Shown: piece after piece, positions 38,161-48,172 of the stretch | Numbering within the stretch: the stretch's first letter is position 1 | How the letters are laid out: every line of letters starts with the position of its first letter | Assembly (NCBI GenBank): GCA_041748075.1 | Contig: JBGTDX010000143.1 | Span: 49,701-113,700, forward strand | Length of the DNA stretch: 64,000 nucleotides | Direction: 5' to 3' | DNA from: Thermoanaerobaculia bacterium | GTDB lineage: Bacteria > Acidobacteriota > Thermoanaerobaculia > Gp7-AA8 | Program-made: the position numbers and the translations under genes | The notes under the pieces: model-generated | The model's input: only the letters and a program-made list of their open reading frames with translations | Told to the model about the DNA's origin: nothing | The model's database searches: none

Positions 38161-39489
38161 ATGAAAACGACTACGACCACCCTGTGCAGCCTTCTGTTCG
38201 TCGCCACGCTCATCATGTCCGGATGCGGAACCGCGGATACTCCGCCTCCATCCACTCCGATCGCATTCGATGACCTGGCCGTCGACCCACGAATCGGGTT
38301 CACGGGGCCCGTACCCTCCCGATCGGTCACCAGGGGCTTCGATACAGCCCTTCGCGACATTCGCGCGGGACGGCTGACCGAAGCCGAGCGGCGCCTGTCA
38401 GGAATCGCCGAACGAAATCCGGAGTACCTGCCGGCGCAGACCGCTCTGGCAGCAGTCGCGCTTCGGGAGGCAAATCCGGATCGGGCACAATCCCTGATCG
38501 ATCGCGTCCTCGAGAGGCAGCCCGACTTTCTTGCGGCGCGGATACTCGAAGCCGAAACTGCCGGGGCACGCGACGATCTCGAGCGGGCCTTCACCCTGTA
38601 TCGAGATCTGATCGGGCGCGAGGATTTCCCCGCGACATCCCGACCCCGACACGCTCACTTTCAGCAGCGCTGGTTCGAGAGACTCTTCAATCAGGCGGTC
38701 AGAGAACGGGACATCGAACGATCGATCGCCCTGCTCAGGGATTCTCTGACCGTCATGCCGGAGGCACGCGCTGCACGGCAGCTCCTGGTCGACAAACTCA
38801 TCGAGACCAGAAGATTCGACGACGCCCGGCGACAGGTGCAGCCGCTCATAGATCCGTCCCAACCGAGCCCGCCGGAAGTCGAAGCAGCTCTGGCGGAGAT
38901 CGACGTCGGCAAGGGGCGTTACCGGGAAGCGATCGAGCGGCTCGAGCCCCTCGCGCGCGACGATCCGGGACGATACGCCGCTCGTCTCGAGGCCGTGAAA
39001 CAGCGATGGAGTGAATCGAACATGCCTCCTCGCTATCACAACGCCCTCGCCTCCCCATCCATCACGCGTGCGGAACTTGCCGTGCTGATGTACTGGAAAG
39101 TTCCATTCGTACGCTTCGCACAGAACCTCACACAGCCCCCGATCGCCATCGACATCGCGGAAGTCGAAGGCCGCGAGGAGTTCGTCAGGGCACTTGCTCT
39201 ACGGCTCTATCAGGTCGATCCGGTAACTCGTGCTGCGGTGCCCTACAGAACTGTCGGGTCGGCTGGTTTTCTCCGTCTTGCCGGCAGGCTGCTCACTCTG
39301 CGCGGCATCCCTCCATGTGCAGAGGGAGCTCAGGACGACAACGACCTGGCCCAGGCCGTGAAAATGTTGCGCGCCTGCGGTGCACCATTGGGCTCATGGA
39401 ACGCTTCCAGCGACATGACCGTATCGGGCAAAAGGGCCGGAGAGGTTCTCGATGCCATCGCCGCTGCGACGACAAGCCGAACTCAATGA
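38161..39489 (+). CDS. TPR lipoprotein with SLH-like C-terminal region
   Basis: Lipobox MSGC, TPR-like helices, and an ITRAELAV SLH-like motif. Confidence 0.65.
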   Translation: MKTTTTTLCSLLFVATLIMSGCGTADTPPPSTPIAFDDLAVDPRIGFTGPVPSRSVTRGFDTALRDIRAGRLTEAERRLSGIAERNPEYLPAQTALAAVALREANPDRAQSLIDRVLERQPDFLAARILEAETAGARDDLERAFTLYRDLIGREDFPATSRPRHAHFQQRWFERLFNQAVRERDIERSIALLRDSLTVMPEARAARQLLVDKLIETRRFDDARRQVQPLIDPSQPSPPEVEAALAEIDVGKGRYREAIERLEPLARDDPGRYAARLEAVKQRWSESNMPPRYHNALASPSITRAELAVLMYWKVPFVRFAQNLTQPPIAIDIAEVEGREEFVRALALRLYQVDPVTRAAVPYRTVGSAGFLRLAGRLLTLRGIPPCAEGAQDDNDLAQAVKMLRACGAPLGSWNASSDMTVSGKRAGEVLDAIAAATTSRTQ

Positions 39490-39518
39490 ACAATCAAACC
39501 GTAACCGGGGCCTTCGAC

Positions 39519-40202
39519 TCACCCGAACAGGGAAAGCCGCGGAATTCCGAACCGGTTCCGTAGAAGCCTCTTGAAGTTCGCTTCTCTGGTCTTGCGCAGA
39601 GTCTCGCCCTCGAGCTTCCGATAGGGGCGAAGCGCGGCATCAAGCTCCTGTTCCAGAGCATCTCGATCCTCAGCGGAAATCGTGGACGCCAGATGATCGA
39701 ACAAGGTCTGCTCGATCCGGAGCAGTTCCTCCTCGATCGCCGGCACGCTGCGCCGGGAACGGAGAGAAGAAACTTCCGATGCCGCTGCTTCCAGACCCTC
39801 ACGCGGCGCACCGGCGGGAACAGACCGTGCGGCAATCAGAAGGGACTCGCCGAGAGTCTGAAGCTGCTTCGCGGGCCGGGCTTCGGGAACTGTGGACTCC
39901 GAACCCACCAGAAGATCCTTCCGGTCAGACCAGAGATCTTTCACCGCGTGCCGGCAGTAACTGAGACTGGAGATCGTTTTTCTGCGTCCCCCCTCCGCAC
40001 GCTTGTCGAAACAGGCGTCGATCGCTTCAATCACAACCGCGAGCGGAATCCCATCGTCCCGCCAGCTCTTGAGCAGAGACCAGTCCTTCGCCGAGAAGAG
40101 GAAAGGAGTTCCCCGGCGCGCTGCAAAGTGGGCTTCGATCTCGAGAAAATATTCGCCGGCCGAGATCGATTCAGGCTCGGGCGGCTCAGTTGGTTTCGTC
40201 AA
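39519..40202 (-). CDS. Hypothetical helical protein
   Basis: YFLEIEAHFAARRG..SAKDW..W...GIPL..V and C-terminal GIPRLSLF. Start inferred at TTG 40202. Confidence 0.7.
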   Translation of the reverse strand: MTKPTEPPEPESISAGEYFLEIEAHFAARRGTPFLFSAKDWSLLKSWRDDGIPLAVVIEAIDACFDKRAEGGRRKTISSLSYCRHAVKDLWSDRKDLLVGSESTVPEARPAKQLQTLGESLLIAARSVPAGAPREGLEAAASEVSSLRSRRSVPAIEEELLRIEQTLFDHLASTISAEDRDALEQELDAALRPYRKLEGETLRKTREANFKRLLRNRFGIPRLSLFG

Positions 40203-40318
40203 GAATCTTCCGAAGCATCCGGACCAGCTCTCCGACTTCGAAAGGCTTGCCAAGGATCCCTCGGACCCCAAACTCGGCCAGGGTCGTCGTCGACCACGAG
40301 GATCTCTTCTCCAATCAC
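40186..40318 (-). pseudogene. CheY-like receiver gene with large internal deletion
   Basis: GTG-IGEEILVVDDDP in one frame is joined out of frame to LAEFGVRGILGKPFEVGELVRMLRKILDETN*. Confidence 0.7.
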
Positions 40319-40594
40319 CTGCTCCGACGCTCCCTGATCCGGCAGACCTGGCTCTTGCACTCGAAATCCACCTCGAATGGTTGAGGACTGCTGGCCCTCC
40401 CCCCCGGAGAAAGTTAACACAGTCACACGGGAATCTGGACACTCTACTGGAGCGTTGCGGCCTCACCTGGCGCCCTACTTACTGACGATTGGAGAAAAAA
40501 GAGCTATATTTGAGCAAAATTATTGCTACCGACCAGCTCGGCAACGCTGTCGTATTTGAGAATTCGCCAGCCCCAGGCTCACCCGGGAGTATGC

Positions 40595-42259
40595 ATGATC
40601 GATTCGAGTAAACGCCCTGCTTCCGCCGAGGTGACTGTGTTCACCCCGATGCTGTCGCCTGCGCGCCACTCTCTCGATGACTCACCGGTTACGCTGGGCC
40701 GCGCAGCTGAGTGCACCATCCCCATCAAGGATCGCTACCTTTCGCGCAAGCATGCCGAGATCGTTTCATCGAACGGTGGATGGGTTCTCAAAGACTGCGG
40801 CAGCGCGAACGGAACGTTTCTCAACGGAACCCGGGTACAGCACGACCTTCCGCTGAAATCGGGAGACCGGATCAAGCTCGGCGACACCGAGATCGTTTTC
40901 CAGTCCGATCCTTCTACGGAACGAATGATCTCGGTCCCTGATCGCGAACTGAGCGCAACGATCTCGATCCCCCTGACGGAAATCACAAATCAATTGAGCG
41001 AGCCTTCGGGCAAAAGTCTCGAGAGGCTCCGGATTCTCAACGCCCTCGCCATGGAGCTCATTGAAGACCGTCCGCTCGATGAGGTGTTCAGTTTCATCGT
41101 CGATCGCGTGATGGAACATCTCCGTCCGTCCCGTGCGGCGATTGGCGTGATATCCGAGAGTGGCAGATCGTTCGACAGCGTCGAGGTGCGGCGCCAGAAC
41201 ACCTCGGATACCTCGGACCTGTCGATCAGCAAAACGCTGCTGGCCGAGGTGGTCGAAGAGCGGAAAGCACTCGCGTACGTCGACGTTTCCGTTGACGAGA
41301 AGTTGAGCCGCGCAATGTCCATTGTCGCTCAGGGAATCCACTCGGTCCTTTGTGCCCCCATCATGATCGGCAATGCGGTCGTCGGCGTGCTCTATGTCGA
41401 CTATCTGTTCACGCAGAGGACGATTTCAGAGGAAGACGTACGCCTGGTCGCACAGATCGGCCAGTTCGCGGCAGTCAAGCTCGAGACCACCCGACTGCGG
41501 GAAGCTGCGTTTCAGAAACAGAGAATCGATGAGGAGCTTCGAACTGCGTATCTGATCCAGCGCGGACTTCTCCCGGAGTCTTCCCCTGTGGTTCCAGGGT
41601 ACTCATTCTCCGGCATGAGCAAGCCCTGTCGCGCCGTGAGCGGTGACTACTACGACTTCGTCGCTCGACCGGATGGGAAGGTCTACTTCGTCATCGCGGA
41701 CGTGAGCGGCAAGGGGCTGACAGCCGCCCTGCTCATGGCAGGTCTTCAGGCCGCTTTCCGGATCTTCACCAAATCCGATCCTGATCCGTCGACACTGGTC
41801 AAGCAGCTGAATGGCGCACTTCACGAGAACCTTCCACAATCGAAATTCGTCACGTTGTTCGCCGGACGCCTCGACCCCGAAGCCGGCGAGATCGAGTTCG
41901 CGAACGCGGGCCACAACCCTCCCTTGATCGTCACCGCGAACAGCGTTGCCCGTCTCGCAAATACGGACATCCTGCTGGGTATGTTCACGAACGCCGAGTA
42001 TCGCAACCAGGCACTCAAACTCGAACCGGGCGACGCGCTCATTCTCTACACGGACGGGGTCACTGAAGCTTCACGCGGCGACGATGAAGAAGAATTCGGC
42101 ATGGATCGGCTGCAGGAGGTTGTCGGACCACTCTTCGGCCATGAGGCTGAGGAGCTGACCCGGCGCCTCGAGGAATCCGTTACCGAGTACCTGGGAGAGA
42201 CGCATTGCGGGGACGACGTAACCATGGTCGTGGTCTGCCGCAATCCTTCAGCCGCCTGA
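40595..42259 (+). CDS. FHA + GAF + SpoIIE/PP2C phosphatase
   Basis: LGR..SRKHA..SANGT (FHA); SVLCAPI..GVLYVD (GAF); GDYYD, ADVSGKG, NAGH, YTDGVTE and DDVT (PP2C). Confidence 0.92.
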   Translation: MIDSSKRPASAEVTVFTPMLSPARHSLDDSPVTLGRAAECTIPIKDRYLSRKHAEIVSSNGGWVLKDCGSANGTFLNGTRVQHDLPLKSGDRIKLGDTEIVFQSDPSTERMISVPDRELSATISIPLTEITNQLSEPSGKSLERLRILNALAMELIEDRPLDEVFSFIVDRVMEHLRPSRAAIGVISESGRSFDSVEVRRQNTSDTSDLSISKTLLAEVVEERKALAYVDVSVDEKLSRAMSIVAQGIHSVLCAPIMIGNAVVGVLYVDYLFTQRTISEEDVRLVAQIGQFAAVKLETTRLREAAFQKQRIDEELRTAYLIQRGLLPESSPVVPGYSFSGMSKPCRAVSGDYYDFVARPDGKVYFVIADVSGKGLTAALLMAGLQAAFRIFTKSDPDPSTLVKQLNGALHENLPQSKFVTLFAGRLDPEAGEIEFANAGHNPPLIVTANSVARLANTDILLGMFTNAEYRNQALKLEPGDALILYTDGVTEASRGDDEEEFGMDRLQEVVGPLFGHEAEELTRRLEESVTEYLGETHCGDDVTMVVVCRNPSAA

Positions 42260-42330
42260 AATCGAAGAGGGATACCGTACTGCCGAGGTAACACTCCTCG
42301 AAGCCGGAAAACCCCGAAGACTTCACATCA

Positions 42331-42894
42331 TCACTCCGGTCGAGGCGAGTCCTTGCTGGCTCTCAGCCACTCCTCAATCGCTGCCGTGGCACGGTCGTTC
42401 TTGAAGTTGTACCAGGCTCTCTCGATCGTCCGGTCGCGGGCGATGAGTTTCCGGAACTCCTTCGCAGCGTCTGTAGTCGAGAGTGCCCTGTGCAGGTCGT
42501 TCCGGACCGGGCCGGGCTCCATCGCCTCGACGAATGCCACGCGATCTCCCGCCTCACTCTCTTCGCTCCTTCCGGGCACCTTCCGGTACGACTCCTCGTT
42601 CCGAGCGCGCCGGATGCCGTCGGAGTCGGAGACCGGAACGTCGATCACTTCTCCGCTGGACATGTCGAGGAAGTGCTCGATCTGTCCGGAGTCGTCCAGA
42701 TAGGCGACCTGCAGTCCTTCCAGATCGATCGCCGTGCCGTCCGTCGCGGCGGCGGCCGGGGCAGGCCCGGGCGGCGCACCCCATCCCGCGTTCCGTCTCA
42801 GAAACTCCGCATTTCGTGCCTCAGCGGTTCCCTCACGGCGCCGCATCCAGCCCCGGAGTGCGAGTCGGATCTTCTGCATCAGAGAAATGGCCAT
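42331..42894 (-). CDS. UPF0158-like protein
   Basis: FLDMSSGEV, L..AL....A...FR, and W..F.........EEWL pattern. Confidence 0.6.
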   Translation of the reverse strand: MAISLMQKIRLALRGWMRRREGTAEARNAEFLRRNAGWGAPPGPAPAAAATDGTAIDLEGLQVAYLDDSGQIEHFLDMSSGEVIDVPVSDSDGIRRARNEESYRKVPGRSEESEAGDRVAFVEAMEPGPVRNDLHRALSTTDAAKEFRKLIARDRTIERAWYNFKNDRATAAIEEWLRASKDSPRPE

Positions 42895-42968
42895 ATCGAG
42901 AGTGTAGTGCACACGCTGCCCGTGTCACGAACGCCGGGGCGAAAGCCGTACAGCTACAATGTCAGCCC

Positions 42969-44033
42969 ATGATCCGTGTCGCGTTGCTGCATGAGGGGCG
43001 CCTCGAACAGGGCGGGCTCGAACTGATCGATCGGTGGACCGAGAGCTCCGGGGACAAGCTGTGGGTCGATATTGACGGTTCGACGCAAGAGGAAGTCGAG
43101 CCGCTGCTCGAGATCCGCTTCGGCTTCCACGAGCTTGCTGCTGAGGACTGCTTTTCGGATAGCACCCTGCCGAAGTATGACCCTTTCCCCGACTACGACT
43201 TTCTGGTTTTCCGTGCGTTGAATCTCAACCTGATCGAGCATGGGGTCGCCACGACAAAGCTCGCGGTATTTCTCTCGCGTAATTACCTCTTCACAGTTCA
43301 CACCGATTCGATGCCTTCGATCGAATCCGTCTGGCAACGCCTGCCACAGGACCGGCGGCTGCTCGAAGAGGGCACCGAGTTTCTCCTCTACTCGATCCTC
43401 GATACTCTGATCGATCTCCACTTCCCGCTCATCGACGAAATCGAAGAAATGGTCGACGAGACTCAGGAGCTGATCTTCCGGTCGCCGAGCCCCCAGCTTC
43501 TCGACTCCCTGTTGAAACTCAAGAAGGACCTCAACACCCTGCGGCGATACTCGCTGCCTCAGCGGGACCTGCTGAATCAGATCAGTCGCGGCGAGTCAAA
43601 GTTCATCGCATCCAGGAACCGGATCTACTTTCGGGATTTGTACGATCACATGTTCCGGATCACCGAGTCGATCGACGTGGAACGCGATCTGGTCGCCGGT
43701 ACCATGGAAGCCTACCTTTCCGTGCAGGCGAACAAGCTCAACGAGATCGTGAAGCTGCTCACGGTGTTTTCGGCGATCATGCTGCCGCTGAATCTGATCG
43801 CCGCGATCTACGGGATGAATTTCGTCTACATGCCGGAGCTGAGCTGGCGATGGGGCTACGCGTTCGCCCTGGGACTGATGGCTCTGGTTGCCGCAACGAT
43901 GCTGGTCTTCTTTGCCAGGAAAAACTGGCTGTGGGGCCGCAAGGATCTCCAGCGGCTGCGCCACCATTCCTATAAGGCGATCACCCGGCCCGTACGGTTC
44001 GTCCGGGTTGCGGCAAGAAAGGCAGCGAAGTAG
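42969..44033 (+). CDS. corA: Magnesium/cobalt transporter CorA
   Basis: LWVDI, FHELAAED, YFRDLYDH and YGMNF..MPEL. Confidence 0.95.
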   Translation: MIRVALLHEGRLEQGGLELIDRWTESSGDKLWVDIDGSTQEEVEPLLEIRFGFHELAAEDCFSDSTLPKYDPFPDYDFLVFRALNLNLIEHGVATTKLAVFLSRNYLFTVHTDSMPSIESVWQRLPQDRRLLEEGTEFLLYSILDTLIDLHFPLIDEIEEMVDETQELIFRSPSPQLLDSLLKLKKDLNTLRRYSLPQRDLLNQISRGESKFIASRNRIYFRDLYDHMFRITESIDVERDLVAGTMEAYLSVQANKLNEIVKLLTVFSAIMLPLNLIAAIYGMNFVYMPELSWRWGYAFALGLMALVAATMLVFFARKNWLWGRKDLQRLRHHSYKAITRPVRFVRVAARKAAK

Positions 44034-44148
44034 AAGGGAGGCGCGCGGTCCACCAGATCCGTCAACGAGCGGAAAATGGGACCGAACATGCAATGTTCGG
44101 CCACAACCCGTAGAATTCACTAGCCCCTGGTTTGCATACGTCACTTCC

Positions 44149-45021
44149 ATGAGTCACGAACGCCTCGAAACAAGCCTGGAGATCGATCGCGCATCCGCGC
44201 TGGAGATCGTGCGCATCATCAGCGCACAGGACCAGACGGTCGCCGCTGCGGTGGCGGCCGAGGAAGCACCGATTGCGCGGGCAATCGATGCCATCGCCGA
44301 CCGGATGCGCGGCGGCGGCCGGCTCTTCTATGTCGGAGCAGGAACGAGCGGCCGCATCGCCATGCTCGATGCATCAGAGCTGCCGCCTACATACGGAATC
44401 GATCCGGACCTGGTGCAGGTGATCATGGCGGGAGGCGACAAAGCGTACTTCCACGCCGTCGAGGGAGCGGAAGACTCCGAAGAGGATGCCGTCCAGCAGA
44501 TCAGCACGCGCGTTCGTCCGGAAGACTCGGTGGTAGGCATCGCGGCCTCCGGTTCGACACCGTTCACCGTCACGGCGATCCGGCGTGCCAACATGCAGGG
44601 CGCTCTCACCGTGGGGGTGACCTCAGTACGAGACTCATTTCTTTCCCGTGAGTGCGACATTCCGATCGCCGCTTTCACGGGACCCGAGGTGATACTGGGC
44701 TCGTCGCGCATGAAGAGCGGGACGGCGCAGAAAATGATCCTGAACATGATCTCGACGGGTGTGATGATCCGGCTCGGAAAGGTCTATTCGAATCTGATGG
44801 TGGAGATGCCGGCAACAAACCGGAAGCTTCGGGCCAGGGGGGTGCTGATGGTCGAGCTCGCGGCGGGATGCGACAGGCAGACCGCCGAGAATCTCATCGA
44901 GCGCGCGGATGGAGAGATCACGACCGCAATCATCATGCTGCGGAGGAATCTCGGCGCAGCAGCCGCGCGCGAGGTCCTTTCACGCTCGCCCGGCGGACTG
45001 CGGGAGGCGCTCGAAGGTTGA
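44149..45021 (+). CDS. murQ: N-acetylmuramic acid 6-phosphate etherase
   Basis: GAGTSGR..LDASELPPTYG, VEGAED, GPEV and RMKSGTAQK. Confidence 0.93.
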   Translation: MSHERLETSLEIDRASALEIVRIISAQDQTVAAAVAAEEAPIARAIDAIADRMRGGGRLFYVGAGTSGRIAMLDASELPPTYGIDPDLVQVIMAGGDKAYFHAVEGAEDSEEDAVQQISTRVRPEDSVVGIAASGSTPFTVTAIRRANMQGALTVGVTSVRDSFLSRECDIPIAAFTGPEVILGSSRMKSGTAQKMILNMISTGVMIRLGKVYSNLMVEMPATNRKLRARGVLMVELAAGCDRQTAENLIERADGEITTAIIMLRRNLGAAAAREVLSRSPGGLREALEG

Positions 45022-46232
45022 ACCGGCTAGAACGTCTCATCTCCATCACGAACAAGCCTGTTCGTCACGTCATCGGACTCATGTCGGGCACTTCGGTGGA
45101 CGGCATCGACGCCGCGCTCACCGAGATCGAGGGTCATGGTGGAACTGCGAAGGTCCGGCTGCTCGATTTCAGGACGTATCCGTTTCCGCCGGAAATGCGG
45201 AGCCGGATCTTTCGGCTATTCGATCCGGCAAGTGCACGCATCGATCAGATCTGCAATCTGGACTTTCTGCTCGGCGAGCTGTTCGCCGCAGCGGTGAATC
45301 ATCTGCTGCAAGAGGTCGGAATGGACGCGCGTGAGATCGACATCGTCGGATCCGCTGGCCAGACGATCTGGCACGATCCGCAACCCGTACGCGAGGCGGC
45401 GTCCGTCGCATGGATGGACGGTCCCCTCGAGACACGCTCGACCTTCGCAATCGGCCAGAGCGCCGTGATCGCCGAACGAACGGGCATCGTCACAATTGGC
45501 GACATGCGCGTTCGTGACGTTGCAGCCGGCGGGCATGGTGCTCCCCTGATCGCATATGCCGACTGGGTCCTGCTGCGTGACTCGAACAAAGGGCGGTGCA
45601 TTCAGAACATCGGAGGGATCGGCAACGTCACGTGGCTTCCAGCAGGCGGCGGCATCGGCGATGTCGTTGCCTTCGACACCGGCCCGGGAAACATGGTGAT
45701 CGACGCATTGACCGACGTAGCCACCGGAGGAAAACAGAAGTACGATCGGAATGGAACGATTGCAGCGAAAGGACGTGTCATCGATTCCATTCTGACCAGC
45801 TGGCTCCATGACCCCTACTTCCGCAAGTCTCCCCCCAAGACCACCGGCAGGGAACAGTTCGGAGTTCAGTTCGCCAGAAGAGCGATGACCGAGGCCCAGG
45901 GCGTCGCCATTGAAGATCTGATCGCAACCGCCACCGCTCTCACTGCTCACACGATTGCAAACGCGTATGCAGAGTTCATCAGGCCGCTCGGTTCTATCGA
46001 TGAGGTCGTCGTGGGCGGCGGCGGTGCCGACAATTCGACGATGATGCGCGTGCTCGGCCGCCTTCTTGCACCCGCTCCACTTCTGCGCCACGAAGACCTC
46101 GGAATCGCCAGCGCAGCCAAGGAAGCCATCGCGATCGCAGTGATCGCCAATGACTCCGTGATGGGAATGAACACGAACGTCAGCGGGGCCACTGGGGGCA
46201 CACCGACCGTTCTCGGCAAGATCAATTTATGA
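45018..46232 (+). CDS. anmK: Anhydro-N-acetylmuramic acid kinase
   Basis: IGLMSGTSVDGID, GGHGAPL, NIGGIGN, FDTGPGN and PKTTGRE. TTGA overlap with murQ. Confidence 0.93.
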   Translation: MNRLERLISITNKPVRHVIGLMSGTSVDGIDAALTEIEGHGGTAKVRLLDFRTYPFPPEMRSRIFRLFDPASARIDQICNLDFLLGELFAAAVNHLLQEVGMDAREIDIVGSAGQTIWHDPQPVREAASVAWMDGPLETRSTFAIGQSAVIAERTGIVTIGDMRVRDVAAGGHGAPLIAYADWVLLRDSNKGRCIQNIGGIGNVTWLPAGGGIGDVVAFDTGPGNMVIDALTDVATGGKQKYDRNGTIAAKGRVIDSILTSWLHDPYFRKSPPKTTGREQFGVQFARRAMTEAQGVAIEDLIATATALTAHTIANAYAEFIRPLGSIDEVVVGGGGADNSTMMRVLGRLLAPAPLLRHEDLGIASAAKEAIAIAVIANDSVMGMNTNVSGATGGTPTVLGKINL

Positions 46233-47368
46233 AAAGCCGTTCACTTCACGGGCGCGCATTCTTCGGCGGCCTGATTCGCGACCACGTCACGGTGACGATG
46301 GCTGGCGAGACGATCGTCGAAGTCGAGGCCGGTCCTCCGCCGGCCAATGCAGAGCGGATCGAAGGAGTCATTCTTCCCGGCTTCATCGACATGCACGTGC
46401 ACGGCGCTGCGGGTGCCGACTTCATGGATGCCGATTCCTCATCCGTTTCCCGAATCACGAACCATCATGTCCGGCACGGAACCACCGCCCTTGCCGCAAC
46501 GACTCTGTCCGCAGCCCCGGCCCATCTGGCTTCGGCCGTGCGGACCATTGCGACCATGGCCGAACTAAGTGTGCCGGGCGGCTCCGAGATTGTCGGAATT
46601 CACCTCGAAGGCCCATTCCTGAGTCCGGCGAAAGCAGGGGCCCAGGACGTCGATTCGCTTCGGCCAGCCGACATTGTCGAAGTCGAGGAGCTGATTCGCA
46701 TGGCACCCGGAATGCGGTGGGTCATGACCCTGGCTCCGGAGATCGACGGCACGGGAACCTTCATCGAAAGATTCCGTGACGAAATGGTGATCTCGATCGG
46801 ACACACCAACGCAACATTCGGCGAAGCGCTCGAAGCGTTCGATCGGGGTGCCAGCCACGTCACGCACCTGTTCAACGCAATGCGGCCCCTGCATCATCGG
46901 GAGCCCGGCGTCATCGGCGCAATTCTGACGACCGAAGACGTTACCGCGGAGCTGATCGCCGACGGCGTGCATGTTCATCCGGCAGTACTGCGCTACTTCA
47001 CGAAAGCCCTGCCGGGCAGAATCTGTCTCGTTACCGATGCTATCCGCGCGTGCGGCATGCCGCATGGCACCTACAGCCTGTATCAGCACCAGGTGACCGT
47101 CGATGATGCGGGCGCCCGACTGCCGAACGGAAACCTGGCCGGGAGCACCCTCACGATGATGCAGGCCGTCTGCAACATGGTGGAGCTTGCGGGACTGCCG
47201 CTCGAGATGATCGTCCCGCTCGCGACCGAGGTTCCCGCGCGGATTCTCGGCGTCGAAGAGCGCAAGGGCCGGCTGGAAGTCGGTTTCGATGCGGACCTGG
47301 TGATCATTTCACGACAACTCGCCCTCGAGCGCGTCTTTGCCCGGGGTGTGGAGGTTGTCGCTGCATGA
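46229..47368 (+). CDS. nagA: N-acetylglucosamine-6-phosphate deacetylase
   Basis: PGFIDMHVHG, HLEGPF, THLFNAM, IADGVH and LAGS. Confidence 0.95.
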   Translation: MKSRSLHGRAFFGGLIRDHVTVTMAGETIVEVEAGPPPANAERIEGVILPGFIDMHVHGAAGADFMDADSSSVSRITNHHVRHGTTALAATTLSAAPAHLASAVRTIATMAELSVPGGSEIVGIHLEGPFLSPAKAGAQDVDSLRPADIVEVEELIRMAPGMRWVMTLAPEIDGTGTFIERFRDEMVISIGHTNATFGEALEAFDRGASHVTHLFNAMRPLHHREPGVIGAILTTEDVTAELIADGVHVHPAVLRYFTKALPGRICLVTDAIRACGMPHGTYSLYQHQVTVDDAGARLPNGNLAGSTLTMMQAVCNMVELAGLPLEMIVPLATEVPARILGVEERKGRLEVGFDADLVIISRQLALERVFARGVEVVAA

Positions 47369-48114
47369 AATGGGAGATCGTCGAGAACTACCAGGCGCTC
47401 TCGGCCTTCGCGGGACGACTGCTGCTGGATGCAATCCGGCAACATCCGGCAATCATCCTCGGGCTGCCGACCGGACGAACGCCCGAAGGCATGTATGAGT
47501 ACATCGTCGAGGAATGCGGGCGCGAATATCGCTGCTTCAACGCCGCCCGGACGTTCAACCTCGACGAGTATGTCGGCATCCCTCCTTCACATCCCGGAAG
47601 CTATTACACGTACATGCGCCACCACCTGTTCGATCACGTCGATATCCGCGAGAGCAACATCCACATCCCTGACGGTTCAGCACCGGATCTCGAGCTCGAA
47701 TGCAGGCGTTACGAAATGGAGCTCGCACAGGCCGGTGGCCTCGATCTGACCGTCCTCGGTCTGGGACGGAACGGACACATCGGATTCAACGAGCCAGGAA
47801 CGCCCTTCGACTCGCGGACCCGCGTGGTGGGACTGACAGAAAGCACGCGCCGCGCAAATGCTCCAGAGTTTCAGGCCGGTCACGTACCGACTCGAGCAAT
47901 CACGATCGGCATAGAGACGATTCTGGACTCGAAACGCATCGTGCTATTCGCAAGCGGCAGGGAGAAAGCCGCGATCGTACGACGCTTCGCCACCGAAGAG
48001 CCCAGCGAAATGCTGCCCGCCTCCGCGTTGCGCGGACATCCCGACGTCACCGTAGTCGTCGACCAGAAAGCCGCGGAACTGATCGAGGAGCTCCCGGGTG
48101 TCGGTCGTCCGTAA
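47365..48114 (+). CDS. nagB: Glucosamine-6-phosphate deaminase
   Basis: LGLPTGRTP, FNLDEY, GRNGHIGFNEPG and PASAL. Confidence 0.95.
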   Translation: MKWEIVENYQALSAFAGRLLLDAIRQHPAIILGLPTGRTPEGMYEYIVEECGREYRCFNAARTFNLDEYVGIPPSHPGSYYTYMRHHLFDHVDIRESNIHIPDGSAPDLELECRRYEMELAQAGGLDLTVLGLGRNGHIGFNEPGTPFDSRTRVVGLTESTRRANAPEFQAGHVPTRAITIGIETILDSKRIVLFASGREKAAIVRRFATEEPSEMLPASALRGHPDVTVVVDQKAAELIEELPGVGRP

Positions 48115-48172
48115 CCGGTGACCGACTACAGAAGACGCTCCCACGGCACCATTCTCGCTTCTGCCGGACTGA

